DNA of 64,000 bases from NCBI RefSeq assembly GCF_048593235.1, contig NC_133619.1, forward strand, positions 500,925,644 to 500,989,643, written 5' to 3'. This stretch comes from Sminthopsis crassicaudata (Eukaryota). A program made the translations under genes and the position numbers. The notes beneath the pieces were generated by a model. That model searched no databases. It saw only the letters and a program-made list of their open reading frames with translations, and was not told the origin of the DNA. Below, one piece after another: positions 1 to 11,640 of the stretch (within the stretch, counting starts at the first letter, position 1; every line of letters starts with the position of its first letter).

Positions 1-125
1 AACATGTATAACATATATTGGATTGCTTGCCATCTAGGGAAGGGGGTGGTGGGGAAGAAGAGGAAAATCTGAAACACAAGGCTATGCAAGAGTCAATGTT
101 GAAAAATTATCCTTGCATATATAAA
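1..125 (+). mobile_element. L1 3' UTR end (marsupial), followed by TA/TATG low-complexity tail
   Basis: ttggattgcttgccatctagggaaggggg...gaaaatctgaaacacaagg motif, also seen at 35067 and 49345. Confidence 0.7.
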
Positions 126-182
126 TATAATATTATATATATATGTATATATATGTATATGTATATATACATATATATATAT

Positions 183-330
183 ATTTTTTTGCTGAGGTAA
201 TTGGGATTAAGAGGCTTTCCCAAGGTCACATAGCTAAGAAATGTTAAGTGCTTGAGGGTAAATTTGAACTCAAGTCCTCCTGACTTTGGGGTTGGTGCTT
301 TATTCACTGTGCCATCCAGCTGTCCCCTTG
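183..330 (-). mobile_element. WSINE1-like tRNA/CORE SINE
   Basis: Reverse complement begins ggggacagctggatggcacagtgaataaagcacc; B-box gagttcaaat; A-tail. Confidence 0.8.
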
Positions 331-1244
331 CATATATTTTGAAAACAAAAAGCTTAAAAAAAAAAAAGGAAATACACCAATGGAGGTTTCTAAGTTGTAG
401 CTTTAGGGATACAGATCTATAGGAGTAAGAATAAAACCTGAGGTAGCAGCTATGCTGTGGGAACCCAATCCTCAATATAAGTTTGGGAAGTACTCTAAAG
501 AGGTTATGCATTTTGTCCATGTCTTCTCATCCTACGTGACTTTTGTTCAGGTCTTATATCCTTTTTAAACTATATAAATGCTTTACAATAGAGCCCCTCA
601 ACTTCCTGGGAATATTCCTCTAGATCTTTTGATGTTTTATAGCTACTAAAAGAGTTCGAGTGGTCTGTTGGTTATGTGTCACTTCAGTATATGCCTGATT
701 CATCTTCATTTCTGATCAAACATCTCTTATGACATTGAATATGGTGTTTCTTCTTTGCAATTCTTTCTTGGTAATATATTGTTGCCCTCAAATCTTGACA
801 ATTTTGAAGTAATGGGGAATCTAAGAGAAAACAATAGTTTCTAACATATATGCTTACTTTGCCAAATCTACAAAATTTTCTGAGAAAAATTCACACGTGT
901 ATTGAAGACATTCTTCACAAAAGCATAAGGGAACAGGCAGCAGGATTTTGCAAACAATATTCCATAAAAGAACAGATCTGTGCAGTCACATAATAGACTT
1001 TAAGGCATAGAGATATAATATTCCTTTACTTTAAAAAGCATATAAACTAGTAGAACAAAATACCACTTCAAAAGGTCTCTTACAAGAAGGTTGTTGCATG
1101 TCAAAAATCATACAAGATTTCCTCAAAGATAACATAGAAATTACTTCAGCAGAAGACCCTTTGATGAATAATATCAAGAAAAACATAAAATATAGAACAT
1201 GCTTGCCAGGGAGCAGCTGTTCCTCATTGGTTTACTGTGAGTTC

Positions 1245-1340
1245 CTTGAAGAAAGGAACTGTTTTTGACCTTCTTTATATCCCTAATTTAACCCAGTGCC
1301 TGATACATAGTAGGCACTTAATAAATGCTTATTGATTTCC
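1245..1340 (+). mobile_element. L2 3' end fragment
   Basis: cagtgcctgatacatagtaggcacttaataaatgcttattgatt, the typical L2 terminus. Confidence 0.75.
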
Positions 1341-1418
1341 GTTAAATAGAATTGGAGAATTTTAGAGAGGGGAGGGGGGAGATCTTTCGGATGCTTTTGG
1401 ATGTGAATGACATTTTGC

Positions 1419-1421
<3 letters not shown>

Positions 1422-1460
<39 letters not shown>
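1422..1460. repeat. Poly(T)39 tract
   Basis: Read directly. Confidence 0.95.
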
Positions 1461-1462
<2 letters not shown>

Positions 1463-2449
1463 CTTAGTACATTGCAGATCCGACTAAACGGGTTCCACAG
1501 TCAAAAAATTTGGGGCATATAAAGGGAAAATGGGAGAGGATAAAAAATGCCTATTGTCCAGACTGTGTTAAATGGGCAACCAGGTGGGTCAAGAAACACA
1601 TGAAATTCTTTGGACGCATTTCAGCGAACATCCGGGGGAAAGTTATAAGTATTTCCCGTTAGACTCTTGTCTGTTGCGTTTCTGTCTTCAATCGGTGCTT
1701 ATTTTCTGGGCTCTGAGCACAGCCGGACAAGAATTCAAGAAATGGGAAAACTGAAGCATGGGGAGAAGTGCGTGTGTATGTGGCATCTGAATGTTCTGAC
1801 GAGGCAGTCGGGGACCACGAGAAGCGCTAGGTGGGCCAGAGAGCGACTTGGATGGAGACTGCGGGGTTTGTCAGACTGGGTAGACAGGCAGAAGGTGGGA
1901 CCTCCAACGAGCCCAGAAGAGGAATGCAGCCTCTTCCATGAAGGACAGGTGAGGGGGAGGCTGTGCGTGAGCATTATGCGCACTCCATGACAAACACACC
2001 TTCTTTCGCTCTCACCCATGAGGCATCTTCACTCAGAAACTGCTCCAGGACTTTCACCAAGTGGAGCCAGGGGAGAGTGCGGGGACAGAGGACTGTTAGC
2101 TCTCCACTTACTCTTCCCCCGTGCTTCACGCATGTTTAGTATGGCCCATCTCCCCCCTCCTCCCGTAGTAGATCTGGCAGACTGCGCGCGCCGCCAGGAG
2201 AACCACTCCCTTTTCGCCTCACCTCTCCGGAGTGGAGAGTGTATCCCTAAGTCCCGCCTCTTTCTTCCTCGCCCATCCCCTTTTGCGGCTGGCCCCGTGC
2301 CGGTGAGGTTACGCGCCCGCGCGTCCCCTTCGGAGTTCGGCGCGCGGCCGCGGGGACGCGCTCTTGGCCCCGCCTTTCGCTCCCCGCCTCCCTCCCCCCA
2401 CCTCGGTGTCCCGGCTCGAGCCCGAGCACGGGGGTGAGGAGAGTGGGGA

Positions 2450-2825
2450 GCCCGCCGCCCACCCGCTCGTTCCACCGCCCTGCCTCGCGCTCGCACGCAC
2501 CGCCTCCGCGCCCCTGGTGTGGGAGGCGCCGCCGCGTTGTCCCGGCAGCTCCTGCCCGGTGGATGGAGGGGCCCGTTCGGATCGCTGCCTCAGCCGCCGC
2601 CGCCGCCGCCGCCGCCGCGCTGGGGAATGACCTGGAGGGGGCTCCCGGAGCCGGCTGCCGCGCAGGACGTTTGTGGGCTTAGGCAGCCCCGCTGAGAGGT
2701 GCGGGAGTCCCGCGGGGCTGGCGGGCGGGGGCGCGGGGAGCGGGAGGTGGGAGGGAGGCCCGGGAGGGAGCCGGCAGGACGAGGTGTCAGTGCCCCGGCT
2801 CGGTGACAATGAGCCGCCGAGGCAG
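2450..2825 (+). other. CDON: Probable non-coding exon 1 of CDON (start and donor uncertain)
   Basis: Lies in the CpG island. Candidate donor CAG|GTGAAG at 2825/2826; alternative GT sites near 2699 and 2784. The coding exon at 52532 has an acceptor and only ~59 nt of UTR, so an upstream exon is required. The TSS cannot be fixed from sequence. Confidence 0.4.
2593..2616 (+). repeat. (GCC)8 trinucleotide repeat
   Basis: cagccgccgccgccgccgccgccgccgcgc read directly. Confidence 0.95.
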
Positions 2826-5153
2826 GTGAAGAGCTAGCGGTGTGCGCACAGTGTGGGGGCGACGCAGGGCTCACCCCCTCCCAGACCTTCCTTTCCCTCC
2901 CTTTCCTCCCTCCCCATCGATCCCCGCCGAGCCCCCGAGAGGGACAGTGATTTATGTGCAGGGAGAAGCCGGAGAAATTTCCTCCACAATGTATCTTTCT
3001 CTGTCTCCACACAGTCAGTTACTTCCCAGCCCCAGGGAGTGTATTTTTCCTTCTGTGTCAAGCTTTCTGTGGTTTGCATTATCATTTGCTAAATACATTT
3101 CAGCTCGCTTTTTATTTCAGGCTGCGGCTTCCAGACCTTTGTGTGCGCGCTTTCTCCTCACATCTAGGAATTTCAGTAATAAATCACCGAAGGGAGATAG
3201 ATAGAGTCCCTCCCCCTCCCCCTTATTGTTCTTCCCGGCCCCTCCAGATCAGGTGGAAGGCTGGAGAGACGGCTGTTCTGGGTGCCCGCTGTTGCTTCTC
3301 AGGCGCACTAAGGGTGGCAGGTGCTTTGTGAAGACAGACTTCTTAATAGCGAACTCTACTAGAACTGGGGCGACGTCATCCACAAATACTCTCTCCTAAC
3401 CCGAACACCTTGGAAAATAAGGTTTGGACTAAAAGGTGACTGGAGATTTATGCTGTCCAGAGTGAGACCACAGGAAAGCAGGCTGCTTAACTTTTGACAG
3501 AAAGAATTCATTGATGTGATAACCCCTTAACTGTCAGCTAACTAATTTGAATGTGATGAGTTAATTCTCACTGCAACTCACTGAAAGCTCTAAACTGACA
3601 ATTATTGAGGGTTTTGTATTTGTACTTGTAGTTGTCTTTTTTAGATAACTGTGGAGCCAGTTTTGTCTTTGCAAAAAAAACCTGGAAGTTTTGTGGAAAT
3701 TTTAAATTAGCTTGTTTTAATATAACTGCTCCACTAGAGAATATTTTCAGTAACCTGGAGAGGCATGAAATACTGAATTGCAGTATCTGTCAGGCACATG
3801 TTGAAATAAACTGCCTCATACTTTGTTATATGAGAAGGATGGAGAGAACCTATTTTATTTTGTAAAGCTATATGTCCTGGCTGTGTGGAAACATATAAAG
3901 CTGAAACATTTTATATCTCTACTAAGAAATACAGCAACAGTATATATTGTCTAAACTTTGTGTAAAAACTTGAGTATAGAAATTGTGTCTGAACAGTTCA
4001 GTTAACCAGGAAAATCAGTTACTAGTAGTACTGCTATTGTTTGTCTAGTAACTCACATGGGATGAATACTTTGATTACTATGGCTCTCATTAACCTTCTT
4101 TTCTATGGAAAGTGCTTAAACGACCCCAATTTGAATGCCAGAAAAATACTATATAAAGAATCACAACATCCTGTTAATCTAGCTTCTGAATCTATCACTG
4201 CTCTCCTCTCCCTGGCAGGTGCTTTGGTTTGGTATGGGAGGAATTTAACACAGACCTTTTTTTCAGGTTAGTAAGATTGGCTAGGTCAGGACATAGATAC
4301 TAAAACAGCCAATTTTTGTCATGGGGCTGTGCTGCTAAAGGGGACAGGGAAACCTTGTTAATAGTTTTTATTCTTGCCTTCCCCCCACCCTTCTGATTTG
4401 CTAGGTTTTAGAAACTTAATTTACTCATGTGTAATTATCCTATGTTCTAGTTTATTTTTTTTTATTGAAATAAAGATTGAAGCAAAATTCTCTTAGTTGT
4501 TTCTTACATATTGAAAAGTGGCTACATCAGTGCCCTCTATATTCTTGGGAAATAATTGCAAGGATTACATACTTGAATCAATGATCAGAGTAGGAATGGG
4601 GCATTGAGGAATGATTGAGTTCAAAAATATGAAAAATAGCTTTTGCTTTAAAAAGTTTTAATAAGACATCACCTTTATTAGTGTTTGCATTACATAAAAT
4701 TACAGATAAGCAAACAGTTAAAGTGGAACTAGATTGACAATAAAAAACATCTTTAAAATATCCTCTCTAATGTCATTACTATTAAATCCAACCTACTAAA
4801 TGTACATCTTTGAAGGATATACCCATATTTTCCTAAGTGCCTTTTTAAAAGTGAAATTTGTTGGGTTGAATTGATGAAGAATGCTTTGCTGTTTTCACTT
4901 AAAATCTTTGGAGTACACTGAGAATTCCATTTGATGTTTGTGGCTGTGTGCTTTTCTTTAGTTCATTTTCAATAGAGTGGAAGGGAAGGGAAATAAAGAA
5001 GGGGGAAAAGATTTTACTTTATCCTTTTCAGTTAAAATTAAGGAATCATGATATGGGAAATACAGCATGTCAGTTTGAGAATTTTGGATTAGGAAAAAAA
5101 AAAAAAACCTGTCTCTTTTCCCCCTTCAAGTTTTCCCTTATTGTCTGTGGGCT

Positions 5154-5536
5154 NNNNNNNNNNNNNNNNNNNNNNNNNNNNNNNNNNNNNNNNNNNNNNN
5201 NNNNNNNNNNNNNNNNNNNNNNNNNNNNNNNNNNNNNNNNNNNNNNNNNNNNNNNNNNNNNNNNNNNNNNNNNNNNNNNNNNNNNNNNNNNNNNNNNNNN
5301 NNNNNNNNNNNNNNNNNNNNNNNNNNNNNNNNNNNNNNNNNNNNNNNNNNNNNNNNNNNNNNNNNNNNNNNNNNNNNNNNNNNNNNNNNNNNNNNNNNNN
5401 NNNNNNNNNNNNNNNNNNNNNNNNNNNNNNNNNNNNNNNNNNNNNNNNNNNNNNNNNNNNNNNNNNNNNNNNNNNNNNNNNNNNNNNNNNNNNNNNNNNN
5501 NNNNNNNNNNNNNNNNNNNNNNNNNNNNNNNNNNNN
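5154..5536. other. Assembly gap (N)
   Basis: N run. Confidence 1.
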
Positions 5537-8149
5537 CAGAGTGGTGATGGGCGGGGGAGGAGGCTACATTAGAAGGCTCCATATGTTAGCAGATCTAAAA
5601 TCAAGGCATGACTTAACAGCTTATCTTGTAAGAGAAAAGCCCAACCCAAAAGCAGACTTATAGTCAGGACTTTATTAAAAGTGGAGCTATGGTGATACGT
5701 CTTTTACATTGAAATGAACTTCACTTTAAGGTACAGAAAGTGACTTTTCTGCTATCTTGTCTGAAGCTAACACAAGCATATACACGTTTGCAAACGGTAA
5801 GTTTTTTTTAATGATTTCTTGATAAGTATGAAAAGCTAAATTAGAATTTGTTCTTTTCTTTAAATGTTGGTGTCTTGAAATGAATTTTGCAGGTGAAAGC
5901 AAATCAGATTATTTCTTGTGTAACTGATTTTGCTGAGATGGCAACCTTGTTTGCTTAGGCATTATTTCATTTTTAAAAAAAATTAATTATTTCCCTATTT
6001 CCATTATATTTCATATACATTGTGATGGTAGCATTTTCACTCATTTAACATTTTGATCTTTTCCTTTGGTTTATTAAGAATTTATATTTGTTATTTGAGA
6101 ACATTTTCCTAGCATTGTTTCAGTTTTTTCAAGCTCTGCTATGCTGTCTTGGTAGGAGACAAAACCAAATAAAAATTACGATCACCATAAAATCTCAAAA
6201 ACTTCAATGCTCTGAGTAACAATGTATGGATATGAATTTTATTTAGAATTTGTTAGTTCACTTTGATTTTGATATGCTTTTTTGAGGGGTTCAGTTCTGA
6301 ATTATAATCTAGGCTTCCTAATTATTGATACTAATGATTTGATTCTGGCTTAAACAATTAATGCTGATAGTGAATTCCATTGGTAAGGCAATATGTCTTT
6401 GGGCAAATATTCAATATGCATGTTTGAAGATTTATTGATTATATTTTGTCACTAACAGGATCTCTTCTCCCTCACTCTCCTTCCCTATTATTTCCTACCA
6501 AATTTTCTTTATAGTAAGGTAGGCTTAACAAAATTTAGAAGTATTTTTGAATGTTTTTAATTTTTCCTCACATTTAGTTTAATGTGGACCATCTACTACT
6601 TATAGTCAAGTGGAAAGGGCTTATTGGATGTGTCAGAGTAAACACTGAAGTTCAGCATTACATTGATTATGTCATGGGTCACATTTGTTTAGTTGCTTTA
6701 CTAAACTAAAACAAGGTCTGCAAAGAAATTTTTATACTTCCAGTAATCATCTGGAATATGAGTAGGGGCTTTATTTTCGAAAGTCATTGTAGTCCTTTTA
6801 AAGCATGATCCTAGGATTTCTTTCTTTCTTTTTTAAAGTAAGAAGGGAACAAGATGGAAGTTAGCCAGTAGTCTGACACATCTTACTTGAGGGAAAAAAA
6901 CTGCAATGGTTACACTGAATTTTCTATTTAACTAATGCTACTACTTGTTTATTTGGTTCCACTTGAAATTAGTTAATTTTATTTTGAAATTACTCAAATG
7001 TAAACAAAGAATTGAAAAGTTGATATAGCATATTTTTTTTGCTAACCCTGAGAATGTGCCATCCTTTTATGAACTTAATGTGCATTGCTCTTTATTTAAA
7101 TTTATTATTTTTGAAATATTATTTGGTGAGGAGTTTTTTAAGTGTTGGCAACAATATAAGATTATCTAAACCTATAATCTCAGAATACTTTTAGCATTTA
7201 TTAAAAATTTCAAAAAATGTACTGTGTTATGAAATATTTTATTGCTATTTTTAAAGGTCCTGGCTAGTGAAAACAGATCTTTCCCCCCCCCCCAGAAGCA
7301 GCATAAAACTAGTTTCAATTGGCTATATTTTCTTTTGTGACAGTAATACTTTTCTTTAGTGTTTTGTAGCTCACAAAATTCTTTTACAATATGGGAACTC
7401 ATTTGATCCTCTGAACAAACCTTTGAAGTAGATGAGTTTTTTTTTTTTTAATCTCCATTGGCAAATAAGGAAACTGATAATAAGAGAGAAGTGAGGTGAT
7501 CTATCAAAGGTCACACAGAAGGAGAAACCAGGACTCTTTTAAACTTTTTCTGACTTTTAAGAAAATAATTGTTATTTGAAAACAGTTAGTAATCAACAAA
7601 TATGTGCTGACTCTGATAATAGCTCCTCAGGGCCCACATTCCACAAAATCTTTTCATGTCTTCCAATTCTCTGAGTATAAAATTTGGAAACTGAGCAATA
7701 GGAGATGTAAAGAGTTGCATATGGTAAAGGAGGAGTGCTTTCTAAGGTACTTAATATTTAAGATTCTTAGTAGACCAGAATTTACGTTTTGAATTGTAAA
7801 GTAGCAACATTTATCTCAATGTAAAGAAAATTAGCATTTTTGCCTTACAATGTATATGAGAACAATATGATAGATAGTAGAAATTTACTTGTGATGCAAA
7901 TAGGAATGAACTGAACACATTGGTGTTAGACTTGTTTTTCAACAAAAATTCTTTTTTAGGTACAAAACTTCAAACTAATAAATATTTCTTAGATCCTGTC
8001 CTTCCTAAAATTTACCTTCATATCATATTATCTGGTTTCTTAAGGTTTTTTAATTTACATTGAGATTAATAAGTATGCTAAATTTTGTCATTATAACTAG
8101 AAAAACTTAGGAAGAAGCTGAGTCAGTTGCTAACATTTTCTAGTGTACC

Positions 8150-8300
8150 ATGATTTAAAACTAGAAGGGACTTTACAAATCAATCATCTTATCCAATTTA
8201 GTCATTTTACAGATGACAGAACTGACTAAGGCACAGAGGGGTTCTCATTTGTCCAATGTCACATAGAATAGAATCTTCAGGCTAGAAATATAGTGCTTTC
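8150..8300 (-). mobile_element. MIR-family SINE
   Basis: ctagaagggactttac...cattttacagatga...actgactaaggcacagagg, a MIR core in reverse orientation. Confidence 0.65.
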
Positions 8301-10844
8301 CCATACTCTGGAAGAATCTCACATCTAGTTGAAACACTAGTGTCCTTCCATCCCAACCCCACCTCCCTTTCCCTAGAAACATATTTTTGGTGGGTTTGAG
8401 GAGGAAAGGAATGTGTTTTAATTGCTGTTTACCAATCACTTGGTAAAGACATTTAGTAGCAGTGTGTAGTATTAATACTCCTCCAATTTATGTTATAATA
8501 GATAAAACATTTATTTCTCAATATAAATGTTCATGGCACTGTGTTAAGTACACACCCACCCACTCACACCTCCTCCTTTCTCCTCCCATAAGCCAGAAAG
8601 TAAGACTGCCTATTCTCAAGGAGTTTACATTCTGAAGATGGCATATTAACAGGAAAGGCACAGTAGCATGGCTTGGAGTAGTTTGGGAAGTAGAATCCAA
8701 TAAAAGAGACAAACTATACATACCTATCAGTACTGGGGTCTAAGGGCTGAATTCAGGTCAGTGGTGTCTAGAAGATGGATATACAGAAGTTGCCAGCAAA
8801 GGTGGGAGCTCTTATAGCCTCAGAGATTGAGATGTTCTCTGAACTATTACATCTCTTTACCAGATTTCACTGTTGCAGTATGAAGTGAAGAGAAACAATT
8901 TCATGGTGCTGAGCTATTAAGGTAGCATGGCATTATTATATATGATATTAAATATGAAAGATAACTCTTCTACTTATTTGCACTAATCATATAATGGAAA
9001 TAAGACTATCTTAGGGAAATATAAGCCAATAGGCATAATCAAGTTAGAAAGGCTTGAAGATTAAGGAGTTGAGATACTTATCAGAGGATTGATAGGCAGC
9101 TGATGAAAATTTTTGATTATAGTAACTCAATAATATGTACAATAGATATATATGTGTATACCATAATTGGAAAAACTGAGTTTCCATTTGCATTGGCAGA
9201 GGGAATATCCATATTGATGAAATACAAATCCTTGAAGTGTGGTAATTATAGGGATGTAGATTTTACTTCATTATAAGGAACTGCATCAATTAATTATACA
9301 GATTTTAAAAATAAATTTCCTGTTTCTAGAATTATTCAATATCAAGGTTATTGCAAAGGGTTTTGATTCCTTCCAGTTCTAGTATTTTGTAAATCTATGA
9401 AATAGAATTGTGAAGTGGTCTGGAACCTAACCACTATTTATGACATTCTTAAAGGGAAAACGTATTCTAACTTTTAAACAGGCATGTTACAAATGAACTT
9501 TAGGAAGCAAAATGAACTTTTAGGAATATATTCCTTTTGTAAATTGGGGATTACCTTTATTTACCTTTTTCATCCAAGGAAATGTTATTACTCTTCATAT
9601 TATCCTGATTAGTTAAGTCTGTGTGCTGTATTCTCACTAAAGGGAAAGTTGGAGGAATGGAAGGGAAGGGGTTTTCTGAAATAGTGTTCTCTATTTTCAA
9701 CATATCTATGAACTTTCCAAAACATTCTTTGTCATTTGGAACTCTTCCCTTTATTCTATCTACATCCCTTCACCCCTTCTACATCGTTCCTACCTGTATA
9801 TACCATACCTATAAAACATAAATAATTAAAAAAAAAAAAAAAAAAGCCCAACAAGGTCTTAAATGTAAATCCTCACTGCACTTAAGCAGATTGTGTTTTT
9901 TTTTTAATTAGGAGAAAGAAGCAAGTCATTTATGTAAAAATTATTTTGAAGAAAATGAGAGATTCATTAAAACCATTCACTGTATCTATTGAAATCGGTA
10001 CATGCATTTAGTCCAATATTTTATATCTCCTAATCTACAGCTATAATTTTTTTCAGTGACAATTGATGTTTAGAATGATGAACTGGAGGCACTGTAATTC
10101 CCTGAAACATCAAGGAAGAGTTAAATTATGTTCCATATTTTATAAGGCAGTGTGTTGTGCTCTTTAGCCTTGGCCAAGTCACTTAATATTTCTGGGGCTT
10201 AATTTTCCCCTCTGTCAAAAGAGGAAGATAATTCCTATCCTACTTAACTTTTTGTGAACATTAGATATTATAGAGAAATATATTGAAAGCTGTAAAAATC
10301 TTGCTATTAAACAGAAAAGAGTTTTAATGTTCCCTTCAATTTAGGTTTTAAATGTGTATCAATCAACATACATATATATGTACCATGCTTCCTCCTCACT
10401 TGACCTTTTTGTCATTACGATACTCTTCATTTTTTAGGGTGATGAGACTCAAAATGTTGTGATGTGTCATGGTTGTCAAAAGGCCTTGACTCCCTGGAAA
10501 AGGAAATAGTGCTATGGGAAATTATGTCTTTTAAAACAAATGATCAGGAACCTAACCAGTTAAGTCTATTGAACTCATATGCCATGGCTAACAGTTTACC
10601 AAACTTAGAATAATAATATTAAGACAAACATGAAACTAAGGAAAGAAGAGAGGTAAAAAGAACAGATAACTCTAGGAAAAGTCTGATGTTATGTCAGAAG
10701 ACTTTACTAGTATTTTTACATTTACAAACTATTCAGATTATATTTATATATGTGTACATATATACCCATACATACACACATATACTAGACATGTCATCAC
10801 TGATATAAATATAATAAATATTTGAAATATATGTTTGGGGGTGA

Positions 10845-11050
10845 CAAAACTGTAAATAAACTAGATGTCCTTCATTTGATGGATGGGTGAACAAATTATA
10901 TGAATGTCGTGGAAATTTTTTTTGTGTGTGCTAAAGTAATGATGAATATGCCGAATTCAGAGAAATATGGGAAAACTTGAATGAAGTCATGCAGAGTGAA
11001 GGAAGCAGAACCAGGAGAATACACACAATAACAACAATAAAGTAAACTGA
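10845..11050 (+). mobile_element. L1 ORF2 3' end remnant
   Basis: gatgggtgaacaaattatatgaatg...ttcagagaaatatgggaaaacttgaatgaagtcatgcagagtgaaggaagcagaaccaggagaa resembles the marsupial L1 ORF2 terminus. Confidence 0.6.
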
Positions 11051-11184
11051 AAAAGTCACTAAAAATCTTATTGTTCCTGTAAAGGGGATCCTGTTCTCCA
11101 CTTTTGCTCAGGCCACCTATGGCTAGAATGTATCTACTTACCTCTGTTTATAGAGTCCCTAGCTTCCTTCACTGTTCTGCTTTG

Positions 11185-11640
11185 ACTGCTTATTATTTTT
11201 TTAATAAAAATATTCATTTTTAATACACATTGATTTATGAATCATGTTGGGAGAGAAAAATCAGAACAAAATAGAAAAATCATAAGACAGAAAAAAACCA
11301 AAAAATAAGTGAACATAGTATGTGTGGATTTTCAATCTCCACAGTTCTTTTTCTGGATGCAGATGACATTTTCTATCCAAAGTCTATTGAGATTGCGTTG
11401 GACAGAGTGCTAATCCCTGTAGAAACCTTTATTGATTCTCAGTGGCTATTTATTGTCTACTTCCTTTTCCTTTCCCTCATTTTCCAGCAAATTACTTTGT
11501 GTGTATTTTAAATTTACTTTTCTATATACATTTGTTTGTTTGTTTTTTCCCCCTTATTACAAGAAGTAACCTCATTGAGGCCAAGAATGATTTGTTTTTG
11601 ACTTTGTATTCCCAGAATACATTTAAATAATCCCTCTTGC
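11185..11640 (-). mobile_element. L1 3' UTR fragment (older subfamily)
   Basis: T-rich tail then gttgggagagaaaaatcagaacaaa...ttttctggatgcagatgacattttctatcc. Confidence 0.65.

Larger units (their letters stand above)
2180..2945. promoter_or_regulatory. CDON: CpG island / GC-box promoter of CDON
   Basis: Dense CpG and very high GC against an AT-rich background; Sp1-type CCCCGCC motifs (~2368, ~2382) and GCGC runs. It is the only CpG island upstream of the first coding exon. Confidence 0.85.

Noticed and set aside
2018-3331. Numerous overlapping 70-166 aa ORFs on both strands
   Set aside because: Expected by-product of a stop-poor CpG island; low-complexity R/P/G/A translations with no recognisable domain.
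4948-5582. ORFs containing long X runs (also near 23.7, 36 and 53 kb)
   Set aside because: Artefacts of translating through N gaps.
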